Shown in pieces: positions 1 to 9,859 of a DNA stretch of 64,000 bases. The notes below the pieces were generated by a model. That model saw only the letters and a program-made list of their open reading frames with translations. It was not told the origin of the DNA and did not search any database. Numbering within the stretch: the stretch's first letter is position 1; every line of letters starts with the position of its first letter. The stretch comes from an uncultured Fibrobacterota bacterium (GTDB lineage: Bacteria > Fibrobacterota > Chitinivibrionia > Chitinivibrionales > FEN-1185). The translations under genes and the position numbers were made by a program. Where the stretch lies: contig CAVSQB010000026.1 in assembly GCA_963729895.1 (NCBI GenBank), forward strand, positions 32,001-96,000. Reading direction: 5' to 3'.

Positions 1-618
1 AATCTTGCCCGTGGCCGGCTCCATCACGATGCACATGCCGCCTTTGGCCGACAGCGCGCTCACGGTTTGCCGTACAACGTTTTCAGCTATTTTCTGGATA
101 TCGATGTCGATGGTGAGGTACACATCGCAGCCGGCCTCCGGCTGCTTTCTGGGCAAATCGAGCGTGGGGTAGGTGCGGTTTCGTCCGTCCCGCATCACGA
201 TGGCCCAGCCGTTCTCACCACGCAGGTATTTGTCAAAGTAGAACTCTGCGCCGCCGAGGCCGTACCCGTCTTTCCCCACGTAGCCGAGCACCGGGCCTGC
301 TGCGTCGCCGTACGGATATACCCGCCGCACGGTCACCGCGCGGTTTCCCGAATCGGTTGCCGTGGCGCCGTCCTGCGGCGCGAGCATGTCGGCCGTCACG
401 GTGAGCTGGCTTCCGACGGTCGTCGAGAGGATCCGGCCCTTCCGGTCGCGGATGTCGCCGCGTTTCGCACAAAGCAATACGCGCTGCTGCGCCTGTTTCC
501 TGCTTTCCGCCGCGTACTCTTTGTTGTGCACCACCTGGATAACAAACAGCCGCGCAACGATCCCCATGCACGACGCCGCCAGAAGCGCAACAACAAAGAA
601 TGCCCGGGCCCTGAACAT
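1..618 (-). CDS. ftsI: Penicillin-binding protein 3 (FtsI), 5' part; runs off the window edge
   Basis: Manual translation from ATG at 618 gives MFRARAFFVVALLAASCMGIVARLFVIQVV...KRGDIRDRKG...RRVYPYG...LGYVG...LTIDIDIQ...IVMEPATGKI, the class B PBP dimerisation-domain motifs. It follows ftsL in dcw order. Confidence 0.93.
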   Translation of the reverse strand, partial: MFRARAFFVVALLAASCMGIVARLFVIQVVHNKEYAAESRKQAQQRVLLCAKRGDIRDRKGRILSTTVGSQLTVTADMLAPQDGATATDSGNRAVTVRRVYPYGDAAGPVLGYVGKDGYGLGGAEFYFDKYLRGENGWAIVMRDGRNRTYPTLDLPRKQPEAGCDVYLTIDIDIQKIAENVVRQTVSALSAKGGMCIVMEPATGKI

Positions 619-623
619 GAAGG

Positions 624-1028
624 CTACCCTTTCTCGCGGGAAAACGGTTTCTTGATTATTGCCAAAAAGCGGGCGGCCGTGCCGCCCGGTGCATGGTTCA
701 TGGGTTCCCGTATCACGATTATCTGTCCGGCCGTTGGATACTCCAACCCGAGGCGCTCGCGGGTTATGGACTCTATCCGGGCAGTGCTCGACAATTTCTC
801 GTTGTACAGTTTGAGAGAGGCCAGGCATTTGCCTGCTACGGCAAGGCTGTCCGCAAGCGCGCTTTCCCGAACAGACAAATTGGTGATGAATATTTGCTTG
901 GACACCATGAACAGCGGCCACACAATGAGAAACGCGATGCAGGCAATGCCCACGGCCAGCTCACGGAGCCGTAGCACGGGCCCCGATGACCGGCGAGGAA
1001 CGGATTTCAGTTTCGCATTCCGGTTCAC
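624..1028 (-). CDS. ftsL: Cell division protein FtsL-like
   Basis: Basic N-terminus, one TM helix, coiled coil and RIESITRERLGLEYP motif, located between rsmH and ftsI. GTG start at 1028 chosen for its upstream AAGGAAG RBS. Confidence 0.8.
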   Translation of the reverse strand: MNRNAKLKSVPRRSSGPVLRLRELAVGIACIAFLIVWPLFMVSKQIFITNLSVRESALADSLAVAGKCLASLKLYNEKLSSTARIESITRERLGLEYPTAGQIIVIREPMNHAPGGTAARFLAIIKKPFSREKG

Positions 1029-1047
1029 GGGAAAGTCTTCCTTTTTG

Positions 1048-1986
1048 TCAAGCAATGACCTGCGCGGCGCGCAGGCGCGCACTCCGGGCGCGTGGGTTCT
1101 TTTCGACCTCTGCCGCCGACGGAACAATCACCTTTTTGTTTACACGCTTAAGTATTATTCTTTTTCCGCAGACGCATCTCGGCAGCACCGGCGGACATAT
1201 GCACCCCTGCTCACCGTCGCGAAAAAAATTCTTGACGATTCTGTCTTCCAGCGAATGGTACGAAATAACGACGATCCTGCCGCCGCGCTTCATATGAGGT
1301 ATTGCTTTCGACAAGCAGGCGGCCAGTTCGTCCAACTCGCCGTTGACCGCGATGCGCAGCGCCTGGAACACCTTCGCGATAACCTTGACGGGAAACAATG
1401 GACCGTACTCGTTCCGCAGGCACGCAACAAGGTCGGCCGAGGTGCGAAGCGGACGGCGAGCGGCGCACGTCTTGATTGCGCGCGCCATGCGGAGCGGATT
1501 GGTGATGTCGCCGTAGGCCGAAAGAACGCGGGAAAGTTCGTCCTCGCCGGAGCGCGCGCAGAACTCCGCTGCGCCTATGCCGGCGGCGGGGTCCATGCGC
1601 ATGTCGAGGTCCGAGGTTTTCATGTACGAAAATCCGCGCTCCTGTGTGTCAATCTGATGCGACGACACGCCCAGGTCGAGCAGCATGCCGTCGACGGGGC
1701 CGATGTGGTGGCGCGAAAGAACCGTGTCGAACCGGGAAAACGGACACTGTTCCAGAACGACGGTTGCACCGCCGCGTTCAGGGTGCGCGCTGATCCATGC
1801 GATTGCGTCGGGGTCCCTGTCGATGCCAATGATGGTTCCTCTATTGTCAAGTCTTGCCGCGATTTCCCTCAGGTGGCCGCCGCCCCCGGCTGTTGCGTCC
1901 AGATATGCGCCGCCGGGGTGGACGGCAAGCGCTTCCATGGCCTCTTGCACCAGTACCGGGACATGATAGACACCGCTAGCGTCCAA
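1048..1986 (-). CDS. rsmH: 16S rRNA m4C1402 methyltransferase RsmH (MraW)
   Basis: HVPVL, DATAGGGGH, DLGVSSHQID, ISYHSLEDRIVK and NPRARSARLR motifs. TTG start inferred from a GAGGA RBS. Confidence 0.97.
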   Translation of the reverse strand: MDASGVYHVPVLVQEAMEALAVHPGGAYLDATAGGGGHLREIAARLDNRGTIIGIDRDPDAIAWISAHPERGGATVVLEQCPFSRFDTVLSRHHIGPVDGMLLDLGVSSHQIDTQERGFSYMKTSDLDMRMDPAAGIGAAEFCARSGEDELSRVLSAYGDITNPLRMARAIKTCAARRPLRTSADLVACLRNEYGPLFPVKVIAKVFQALRIAVNGELDELAACLSKAIPHMKRGGRIVVISYHSLEDRIVKNFFRDGEQGCICPPVLPRCVCGKRIILKRVNKKVIVPSAAEVEKNPRARSARLRAAQVIA

Positions 1987-2434
1987 TGTTCCTCGCAGCG
2001 TCCTCAACCGACTTGAAAAACACCTCGTCGAAATTGTCCTGCGTGCCAAGATAGGCATTGAGGCGGTCGGTGTCCCATATTTCTATGAAGCCGTTCTGGC
2101 CGATCAACGTGACGTTTTTCGCGAGGCCGGCCATGTTCATTTGCAAAGATGAAAGGGAGATTCTTCCCTGCGCGTCAAGCTTTGATTCGTGCAGTGTGGA
2201 GTACAGAAGGGTCTTGTGGCGCACGGTTTCCGGCGTCTGCGGCCATTGCGAAATCTCGTCTTCGTACTTGTTCCACATGTTCTGCGAAAACGCCCGCAGG
2301 CATCCGCCCGGAGCGCGGCAGATAACGAATGTCTCCGCAGCTTCGGGATCCAGAACTTTGCGGAACTTCGCCGGAATATTGATCCTGCCTTGATTATCGA
2401 GACAGAGATCAAATCTTCCACGAAAACGGGACAT
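1976..2434 (-). CDS. mraZ: Division/cell wall cluster transcriptional regulator MraZ
   Basis: Two DxxGR-type AbrB repeats (LDNQGRINIP, LDAQGRISL) and FIEIWD; first gene of the dcw cluster. Confidence 0.96.
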   Translation of the reverse strand: MSRFRGRFDLCLDNQGRINIPAKFRKVLDPEAAETFVICRAPGGCLRAFSQNMWNKYEDEISQWPQTPETVRHKTLLYSTLHESKLDAQGRISLSSLQMNMAGLAKNVTLIGQNGFIEIWDTDRLNAYLGTQDNFDEVFFKSVEDAARNIGR

Positions 2435-2440
2435 TAATAT

Positions 2441-2480
2441 GCTCCTTTTCTCCCCTATCTTCCCCTATGTCACCCTTTAG
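2441..2480 (-). promoter_or_regulatory. MraZ operator-like direct repeats with 10-bp period
   Basis: Minus strand reads AAAGGGTGAC-ATAGGGGAAG-ATAGGGGAGA-AAAGGAGC between the promoter and the mraZ start. MraZ is known to bind 10-bp-spaced GTGGG-like repeats. Confidence 0.65.
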
Positions 2481-2507
2481 AATACTAAATAGAGATAGGA
2501 AAGTCAA
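2479..2507 (-). promoter_or_regulatory. Sigma70-type promoter of the dcw operon
   Basis: TTGACT-N17-TATTCT on the minus strand, 45 nt upstream of the mraZ ATG. Confidence 0.65.
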
Positions 2508-2577
2508 GTCTTTTTCTTCAAAAAACCGTGGAGAATTTTGTTCCAAGCTGTTCTTGATGCTTATGCGAGGCACCAAA

Positions 2578-2623
2578 CCACAACAGGTTGGATAGCTTGA
2601 TCTCATCTGCCACAACAGGTTGG
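2578..2623. promoter_or_regulatory. Tandem 14-bp direct repeat CCACAACAGGTTGG, 32-bp spacing (NrdR-box-like operator pair)
   Basis: Exact copies at 2578-2591 and 2610-2623, each with a CAAC-N2-GTTG palindromic core. Confidence 0.55.
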
Positions 2624-2699
2624 CTTTAAGAGGAAAAAAAATGGAGAATTACTGTCACCAAGGGGTCACGGGGAACAGAAAAGGCGGAAAAAGAGGAAA

Positions 2700-3284
2700 T
2701 TACTCGTCGTCCCCAGCGTCGAATTCATTCGTGTCGTCCAGCGACGAGGACTTGAACAGCCGCGTATCTTCGTACAGATTCATGTTCATCTCGACATGTT
2801 CCCTTCCATGCGAGGCATTCTGCGCCGCCACTCCGTTTGCTCCCGCATCCGTCATGTACGGGGCCGCAGGCCCAGCCTCGGCTTTCTTCTGGAGGCTCTT
2901 GACTTTTGCGCGTAACGAGTAGTTTTCGCTGATCACGATATCGTACTCTTTGTGCAACTCGCGCAGTTTGGCGTTGAGTTTTTGTATCTCGTTGCTGGAG
3001 GAGCTGTTTTCTTCCTGGAATTTCTCAATCACCTGCTGCTGCGTCGATAAGGATTTGTTGATTTGAGCGATTGTCTGCTCGTACTCGTTGAGCCGCTCCT
3101 CTGTGGACCGCTGTGCAGCGAGGAACCTGGTATCGCCGGTCGGCTTTCCGCCCGGGACCGAGGCGACCGGACCGGCATGAGGAATGTTGGCGGCATCCGA
3201 GCGTTTCTGTGCATTAAAAACAAGAAGAAATACGAGAGCCGCCAGGGCAAGAATCGGAACGATATACAGCAGTTCTATGGGCAT
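2700..3284 (-). CDS. Hypothetical membrane-anchored coiled-coil protein
   Basis: N-terminal TM helix, long heptad-rich segment and acidic C-terminus. Confidence 0.75.
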   Translation of the reverse strand: MPIELLYIVPILALAALVFLLVFNAQKRSDAANIPHAGPVASVPGGKPTGDTRFLAAQRSTEERLNEYEQTIAQINKSLSTQQQVIEKFQEENSSSSNEIQKLNAKLRELHKEYDIVISENYSLRAKVKSLQKKAEAGPAAPYMTDAGANGVAAQNASHGREHVEMNMNLYEDTRLFKSSSLDDTNEFDAGDDE

Positions 3285-3618
3285 GTTTGTCTCGTACGTT
3301 GGCAGGCGGCATGGCCGCCGTCAGTAGTGGTTCCGCATGTTTTCCGAAGTAGTCGGCGTTCGTTCCGTCGTCCCGGCGACGGAAGACCGCGTATCCATAA
3401 ATAATATATTGCGTTTGAAAAGAAAAGCCGCCGAATCTTGGATCTCTTGAAAACGCTCCGGCACGACCGCCGAACGCAAGTAGAATACGAACGTGTGTAA
3501 TGATTTAGTTTTATTTGGAGCGTTTTTTTGCAACCGGGGTCCCGCTGCCGGAATCCGGTTCAGGGTTTACCGCGATCTTGACTTACATCCGTCAACTTGC
3601 AACCGAGGGGAACCTAGT

Positions 3619-4974
3619 GTGAGCAACCTTCCCATGATGACCGTCTCGGGCGTTCGCGGCATTGTCGGCGAAACGCTCACGCCCGATTTCGTGTGTGCCC
3701 TGGCCCGGGTCCAGACCCGGTTGTGCGGCGGCGGCGACATTGTTGTCGCTCGGGATACGCGTCCGTCCGGACCCGCGCTCGCAGCCGGGATATTCGAAGG
3801 CATCGCCGCCGGGGGCGGCTCCCCCGTGGACATCGGGATTGCGCCGACGCCGACCGCATGCGTCGCAACGGCCCATTTCCACGCGAGCTCGGGCATCATG
3901 ATCACGGCAAGCCATAACCCGCTTCCCTACAACGGCTACAAAATGATACGCGCCAGCGGCAGGCTGTTTACAGGGCAGGAATGCGACGAGGTGTATGGTC
4001 CTTTTGTCAAGGACTGGAAACCGGCGTTTTTCTCCTCCCGAGGCACTGCCCCCGGTTCCGAAGAGCCCGTGAAGAAAGACCCGGTGGGGCCGCATATCGG
4101 GAAGATCCTTGCCGCAGTCGATGTGGAGGCCATACGCGCCGCACGCATCAAGGTCGCCGTGGATTCCATTAACGGCGCGGCCGGCGTCATCTTCCCCGTC
4201 TTGCTCGAACGTCTCGGTGTTGAATGGGCGGGCGTGCACAACAAGCTCGACGGCGATTTCGTCCATAATCCGGAGCCCCGGCCGGAGCATTTATCCGACT
4301 TGTCAAATCTCCTTGCCTCCTCGGAGGGCTTCTGGGGGGGCTTTGTCTTCGACCCGGATGCCGACCGGCTGGCCCTTATGGGCGAAAAGGGACAGCCCCT
4401 TACCGAAGAACTCACGCTCGTGCTCGCGCTCGAAGACATCCTTGACAAGGCGAAGTCGCCGATAGCGACAAACCTCTCCACCTCCATGATGGTGGACGAC
4501 GTGGCGCGCGCCTACGGCGTGCGCGTGATCCGCGCGAAGATCGGCGAAGCCAATGTTGTTGAGGCGATGGCCGCTCACGGCTGCACGGCCGGCGGCGAAG
4601 GGAACGGCGGCGTGATTTACCCCGCGGTTTCCACGGTGCGCGACGGCCTTGCCGGCATGGCGCTTATCCTCGAACTCATGGCGCGCCGCAGAAAACCGAT
4701 TACCCAGCTCGCGTCCCGGTGGCCTGGTTATTATATTGTCAAGGAAAAGATCCCTTGCTCGGGCGATCCTGCCGCGCTGCTCTCGGCGCTCGCCGACCGG
4801 TTCAAGGGCGAAATCATCGACCGGCAGGACGGGCTCAAGATCATCCGTGCCTACGGATGGGTACATGTGCGGCCGTCGAACACGGAGCCGATCATCCGCT
4901 GCTACGCCGAGGCCGTCACCCGCCAACAGGCGGCCGAACTCGCAAACATGGTTATGCACAATGTCAAGTGCTGA
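3619..4974 (+). CDS. Phosphohexomutase (phosphoglucosamine mutase / phosphomannomutase family)
   Basis: SGVRG, TASHNP (catalytic Ser), DPDADR (metal loop), GEGNG and RPSNTEP motifs. Confidence 0.93.
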   Translation: MSNLPMMTVSGVRGIVGETLTPDFVCALARVQTRLCGGGDIVVARDTRPSGPALAAGIFEGIAAGGGSPVDIGIAPTPTACVATAHFHASSGIMITASHNPLPYNGYKMIRASGRLFTGQECDEVYGPFVKDWKPAFFSSRGTAPGSEEPVKKDPVGPHIGKILAAVDVEAIRAARIKVAVDSINGAAGVIFPVLLERLGVEWAGVHNKLDGDFVHNPEPRPEHLSDLSNLLASSEGFWGGFVFDPDADRLALMGEKGQPLTEELTLVLALEDILDKAKSPIATNLSTSMMVDDVARAYGVRVIRAKIGEANVVEAMAAHGCTAGGEGNGGVIYPAVSTVRDGLAGMALILELMARRRKPITQLASRWPGYYIVKEKIPCSGDPAALLSALADRFKGEIIDRQDGLKIIRAYGWVHVRPSNTEPIIRCYAEAVTRQQAAELANMVMHNVKC

Positions 4975-5060
4975 TCACGTCGTGCCGCGCTTGCAGGAGC
5001 CGGAGTTGCAAATATATCTTTAGGATCGTGCAGGCACCCCGTTGGTGCAAGGAGACGTTG

Positions 5061-6362
5061 ATGCAGACAAGAAGCGGCCTTTGCCTTGTGGCGTGTGCAG
5101 TCCTCGCTCTTATCTGCACGCATGCGGCGCTGGCGCGCCCGGTTTCGGGCGCCTCCTCCCTCAGGCTGAAGAAGCCGCTGTCGAATGACCTGTCGGAACA
5201 GGTGCGGGGCGCGGCAATCAACAGTTTTAAGATTGATTTATGGGAATGGATGAAGGAAGAGGCCGACGTCACCGTCGATACGTCGAACGCCATCCAGCGG
5301 TTCCACTTCTTCGCGTTCGCGGATTCGTGTCTGAACAAGGCAAACGTCGACCGGTCGATGGCCGGGCACGACCTCACGGTCACCATCACCATCCCGGGCG
5401 AAGACGTCAGCGCCATGCTCGAATCGTACAACACACGGTGCTATTCGATCTCGCTCAGGTTCTACACCCTCATGAAGAAGGCGCTGGAAGACAACGCCAC
5501 CGCCGATCTTTACAATCTGGGAATCCGCACCATCTTCTATACCATGGGGCGCATGGGCACGCCCATCGGCGTGTCGGACGAATCGACGCCCCGTTCCTTT
5601 CTGCTCGAAGAGTCCCGCAAGATCATGCAGAACTTCTTCAACAAATTCTCGGTTCGGTCGCAGGAATACATTATTTCCGGGAAACCGGGCACGGTCCTCG
5701 CCTCACCCCTGGGGGTGAAGGCGGTCGTGGATTCCACGCCGCTTGCCGGCATAACGATTACCGGCTTCCTGCCCGGCGGCAAGAAGCTCTGCTCGGGTAT
5801 CACGGATCCCAGCGGTTCGGTTTCATTCGCCGATTTCAGGATTCCTTTTGTGTCGAAAGGCACCATGCTGTACCTGAGGCCGGACTTTGGGGCCGTGGTC
5901 AACGGCGCGGCCCCGTTTGATGCCAGCGATCTGGGCGTCACCCTTCCGGAACAAACGCTCGTGTTCAATATTACCCCCGCAACCTTTTCAATTTCCTACA
6001 AAGTGAATGCGGTGAGCAATCTCGACATTCCGAAGGATTTCGCAAGCGACGCGTTCATCGCGAAATTCCTCAGGGATTCCTGCTTCCTCGCTCCCGCCAA
6101 ACCCGGCGGCGCAGTCGATCTGTACTTCACCATCGAGAGCCAGGTGTCGAGCTACGCGCACGACGAACTCGAACAGACCGTGCTCAAACTCGAGGACGAC
6201 GTCGCCATCGAGGACGCCGGCCATCGGCAGCTTGCCAGAAAGCAAGCAGTTGCCTATGAAAAAGGCTACGAGAATGCGGTTCCTATCCCCGTGGGACTTT
6301 TCTTCTGGGAAGCCGCGTCGAAATCAACGAGGATGATAAAGCAGATGGTGCTGGGGTTGTAG
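5061..6362 (+). CDS. Hypothetical exported protein
   Basis: Signal peptide MQTRSGLCLVACAVLALICTHAALA, AAGGAG RBS before ATG 5061, host-like codon usage. Confidence 0.75.
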   Translation: MQTRSGLCLVACAVLALICTHAALARPVSGASSLRLKKPLSNDLSEQVRGAAINSFKIDLWEWMKEEADVTVDTSNAIQRFHFFAFADSCLNKANVDRSMAGHDLTVTITIPGEDVSAMLESYNTRCYSISLRFYTLMKKALEDNATADLYNLGIRTIFYTMGRMGTPIGVSDESTPRSFLLEESRKIMQNFFNKFSVRSQEYIISGKPGTVLASPLGVKAVVDSTPLAGITITGFLPGGKKLCSGITDPSGSVSFADFRIPFVSKGTMLYLRPDFGAVVNGAAPFDASDLGVTLPEQTLVFNITPATFSISYKVNAVSNLDIPKDFASDAFIAKFLRDSCFLAPAKPGGAVDLYFTIESQVSSYAHDELEQTVLKLEDDVAIEDAGHRQLARKQAVAYEKGYENAVPIPVGLFFWEAASKSTRMIKQMVLGL

Positions 6363-6458
6363 GAAAATATGGATTTGGCGCTACAATGAGAAAACGAAAT
6401 ATGACTTCAGGTCACCCGTCGAGCTGGTGCGCGGGATTTGAAGGACGCGGAGAAAAGG

Positions 6459-6644
6459 TCATATCGCCGGAATTTCCAAGTCCTTGCAGATTTTTTTTGC
6501 AAGAAAATCGTTTATTTCCCTATGACGCGGAACAGTGGATACTTTTCGCTTGGAAGGATTGATAAAGGCAGAATGTTTTGCGCCCTCACGCAGAAGAATG
6601 CAACCGGTCTCTTGAAGATGACGCAATAAATCTTTGCGTTTCAT
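6459..6644 (-). CDS. hicA: HicA family mRNA interferase toxin
   Basis: MKRKDLLRHL..GC.LLREGAKH...STVPRHREI, 61 aa. Confidence 0.9.
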   Translation of the reverse strand: MKRKDLLRHLQETGCILLREGAKHSAFINPSKRKVSTVPRHREINDFLAKKICKDLEIPAI

Positions 6645-6860
6645 CTACACCGCTATCGGGAAATCTTCCCTGATTACCTTCATGCCCTTAATGTCATTTT
6701 CCGCCAATTGTTTGTTTGCCTCAAGCACAAGCCCAATCGCTTCCTTTAGGTTTTCGCGAGCTTCCTTGAGTGTCTCACCCTGAGTATTTGCTCCAGGGAT
6801 TTCCTCGACGAAGCCGATGTAGCCCTCAGGAACCTTTTTAAATACAGCTGTAAAGGACAT
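6645..6860 (-). CDS. hicB: HicB family antitoxin (short form, no DNA-binding domain)
   Basis: GYIGFVEEIPGANTQGETLKEARENLKEAI motif. Confidence 0.9.
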   Translation of the reverse strand: MSFTAVFKKVPEGYIGFVEEIPGANTQGETLKEARENLKEAIGLVLEANKQLAENDIKGMKVIREDFPIAV

Positions 6861-7286
6861 GCGCCCCTCCTGTTAGGTTAAAGATAGCATGTCACGATTG
6901 AGAAAGGCAATGCCATGATAAGGGATTTGCAATTTCGCAGAGCGAGCGCGCCCCCAAGACTGAACAGGCGTGAGGGTCTCATCGTGGCCATAAGAAACGT
7001 CGTGTGGCACGATCATAATGGATCGTGAGTGTTGCGGAGGAAGTTAAAGAAGAGACCGGAGAAGCACTATGGATGCTGACAGTTACAAACTGTCAAGAAC
7101 TTTTTCCGTGCCGGGCACCCGTGCGTCTTGCCGGACAGATATTCCTATGCCCCCTCAGGGGGTTGGGAGGCTTTTCACAGAGCCAGATTAGCGGGGATTG
7201 TCGCGCTTTGCTCACAATGACGTCTGTTCTCTATCAAGTATTCAAGAACAATGTCCATTCGTACATTCACCTTTTGGACCCGCCTC

Positions 7287-8135
7287 TCACCACGGAATTT
7301 CTTTCTTGCACACGCTCACGCTGTCCTCAGGCGGGACCGACTTTCCCTCAGCCATGCTCTGGGCGGCCCGGTCGTAGAACCACCGCGCTCTTTCTTCGTT
7401 CTTCATGCAGGAACTCGTTGCGGAAGCGGCGAGCAGAATCCTCCATCTGTCGAAACGCAATTTCGTTTTATCGCCGAGCGCAAGCGCTTCGTCGAGCAGC
7501 CTGGCTGCCTCGTCGTACTCGCCGAAATAGTAATACACCTTGGCGCGGAAGAAGCACGCTTCCGCCGCCCCGTGCCAGGACTTTTCCTTCTTGTAGAGAT
7601 CGTACGACTCGTCGAGATAAGCAAGCGCTTCCTTTGTATGGTCGCGCGCCCATACCAGGCGGCCGTGCACCATGAGCCAGAAGGTTTTGTCGGCCGTCTT
7701 CTGCGGCGTGATGACGCCGAGCTTGTACCACGCAAAGGCGCTGTCCGCCTCGCCTGCCGCGGAATACGAAAGCGCGGCGAACCCGGCGGCCTGGCGCGAC
7801 TCGGCCTCTTTGCCGCAGAGGGAGAACTCGCGGCGGGCAGCGGCGAAACAAGCGGCTGCGCTGTCGTATCTGTCGAGTTCGAGCATGCACCGCCCGATGT
7901 TGAACCGGTACAACGCGGCCTGCTCGGGGATGTCGTGGACCCGGGCCTGGTTGAGTCCTTTCTTGTAAAAAGCAAGTGCACTTGTCAGTTTTCCTTCTTC
8001 AAAAAATCCGGCTGCGCGCGTGCCGTACACATAGCCGTCGTACCAGTAGGGAGGCTTCCCCTTGAGCGGGTCTGCGCAGGAGCACATGAGCAGCAGAACC
8101 GCTGCGCAGGCGACGAAGGCGATGCGGTGTTTCAT
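7287..8135 (-). CDS. TPR-repeat lipoprotein associated with the Mla/Mce operon
   Basis: Lipobox-like LLMCSC and helical TPR-like repeats; last gene of the operon. Confidence 0.75.
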   Translation of the reverse strand: MKHRIAFVACAAVLLLMCSCADPLKGKPPYWYDGYVYGTRAAGFFEEGKLTSALAFYKKGLNQARVHDIPEQAALYRFNIGRCMLELDRYDSAAACFAAARREFSLCGKEAESRQAAGFAALSYSAAGEADSAFAWYKLGVITPQKTADKTFWLMVHGRLVWARDHTKEALAYLDESYDLYKKEKSWHGAAEACFFRAKVYYYFGEYDEAARLLDEALALGDKTKLRFDRWRILLAASATSSCMKNEERARWFYDRAAQSMAEGKSVPPEDSVSVCKKEIPW

Positions 8136-8146
8136 GGTTCGCCCGG

Positions 8147-9076
8147 CTACTTCTTTGAAGGATTGTCGTTGAGCAGCGGATCGGCCTGGCTGTTGATCCC
8201 GCTCTTGACGATCACGTTGTTCTGGAGCGCCTTCAGCAGGAGCTCCACCTCGGCAATGTCGGTCTGGACCCTGTTCATCAGGCCGGGCAGGTCGCGCGAT
8301 GCCGTCCGGATGCTGTTGACAAGGAGATTGACATCCGTGACAAGCGCGCCCACCTTGGAGGCGATGCCCGCCGCCGAATCGGCAATGCCTTTCCCTTTGT
8401 CACCGATTGCCGCGACCTTCACCAGAATGGTGTCCACGCGGGACAGCGTGGCGTACGCGCGCACCACGAGCCCGTTTGCGTTTCTTCCGACGGCGTTGGC
8501 AAGCGTGGCAAGCGTGTCTTCCTTGATGAGACGGCCCACGGTACCCTTGCCGTCAAGAATTTCCTGCAGGATCTTCTGCAGGATTTCGACGGTCTTGGTC
8601 ACCTGGTCCAGCGTTTTTGCAAGCGGCGCCTGCACCTCGGATTGCAGCGTGTCGCCGCTGGCTGCCGGGGACGAGCCCGGACTTCCGGGCGTGAGATCGA
8701 TTTCCCAGTCGCCGATGGCGACATTTTTCTGCTGCAGTCTGGCCTTGCTGTCGCGCCGGACAAACATCATGTACCGGCTTTTTATTTTCATCGCCACTTC
8801 GACGTACCCGGCGTTCCTGAGCGACACCTCCTGGATGTACCCGACCTTCATTCCGAGAATGGTGACGGCGCCGTTGCGTGCAAGCCCTCCCGCGGTGTCG
8901 TACTTGACATAGAGATAATCCCATTTCACCAGCAGATCGGCGCGGAAGACGGAAACCACGAGAACCACGGGCAGCACAATGAGCGGAACGAGGATAAAGA
9001 GACCCACCGCGAGATTCCGGTGCCGCCGGTAAAACGGCTCAGACGCCGTACGCTGCATGTCCATCGATGTGCTCAT
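8147..9076 (-). CDS. mlaD: MlaD/MCE family protein
   Basis: N-terminal TM, AGGL..GAVTILGMKVG.I, IDLTPG, and a helical tail with GKGTVGRLI. Confidence 0.9.
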   Translation of the reverse strand: MSTSMDMQRTASEPFYRRHRNLAVGLFILVPLIVLPVVLVVSVFRADLLVKWDYLYVKYDTAGGLARNGAVTILGMKVGYIQEVSLRNAGYVEVAMKIKSRYMMFVRRDSKARLQQKNVAIGDWEIDLTPGSPGSSPAASGDTLQSEVQAPLAKTLDQVTKTVEILQKILQEILDGKGTVGRLIKEDTLATLANAVGRNANGLVVRAYATLSRVDTILVKVAAIGDKGKGIADSAAGIASKVGALVTDVNLLVNSIRTASRDLPGLMNRVQTDIAEVELLLKALQNNVIVKSGINSQADPLLNDNPSKK

Positions 9077-9801
9077 AGTGCGTTCCGAAGCGCCGAAAAC
9101 ATATCGGGGCCGTTGTGGCCGCGTGCAGGGTCCCTGTAATCGTATAATGTGCCGTTGTCAAGAACCACGACCGGGCATTTCATTATCTTAAGTATCTCCA
9201 CGTTGTTGCAGATCATGACGAGTGCCATCCCCCGCGACGCGTTCAGTTCCACAAGGACATCGGCGATGGCCCCGGCTGTCACCGGGTCGACGCCCGCAGT
9301 GGGTTCGTCGAGGAACACGACAGAAGGCCCCATGATCACCGCGCGGGCAATCGCGGCGCACCGTGACTGTGCGGCCGACAATTCGTTGGGAAATTTCCCA
9401 TCTACGTCAAACAGGCCCAGTTTCTCCATGCAGCCCTTGACCGCCGCGCGCTCGTCGCGCTCGTTCAGATGCCGGTGGTACCTGAGCGGAAGCGCGATGT
9501 TGTCGTATACCGTAAAGTTGTGAATGAGCGCGTGCTTCTGGAAAACGTAGCCGATATTCCTCCTCGCCTTCATGAGGCCCTCGTGCGTCAGTCGGGCGAT
9601 GTCGACCCCGTCCCAGGTGACGCTGCCGCTTGCCGGCGTACGCAGGCCCGCACAGAGTTCAAGCAGCGTGCTTTTTCCGCACCCGCTCCGTCCGGCTATG
9701 GCCACCGTCCCGCCCGCGGCAACGCTCAGGGAAATTCCCTTGAGCAGAGGCGCCTCTGTAAACGAGAATGTTATGTCGCTGGCCGTAAAAGCTTTAGTCA
9801 T
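9073..9801 (-). CDS. mlaF: MlaF-type ABC transporter ATP-binding protein
   Basis: Walker A GRSGCGKS, Q-loop VFQ, variant signature LSAAQ, Walker B FLDEP. Confidence 0.88.
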   Translation of the reverse strand: MTKAFTASDITFSFTEAPLLKGISLSVAAGGTVAIAGRSGCGKSTLLELCAGLRTPASGSVTWDGVDIARLTHEGLMKARRNIGYVFQKHALIHNFTVYDNIALPLRYHRHLNERDERAAVKGCMEKLGLFDVDGKFPNELSAAQSRCAAIARAVIMGPSVVFLDEPTAGVDPVTAGAIADVLVELNASRGMALVMICNNVEILKIMKCPVVVLDNGTLYDYRDPARGHNGPDMFSALRNAL

Positions 9802-9859
9802 ATATCATACACTCGAATCAATAAACATTTCCACAGGTTTTGCATCGGAGCCGCGGCAC

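Noticed and set aside
67..2016. 649-aa plus-strand ORF, and similar long ORFs at 7251-8912, 17246-18469, 20431-21879, 41086-42522 and 47550-48842
   Set aside because: Antisense shadows of well-supported genes in GC-rich DNA, with no recognisable motifs.
3300..3390. Two hairpins in the leader of the coiled-coil gene
   Set aside because: No match to a riboswitch I recognise and no second copy; they may be ordinary GC-rich stems.
7005..7020. TGGCACG as a sigma54 -24 element
   Set aside because: No TTGC at the -12 position.
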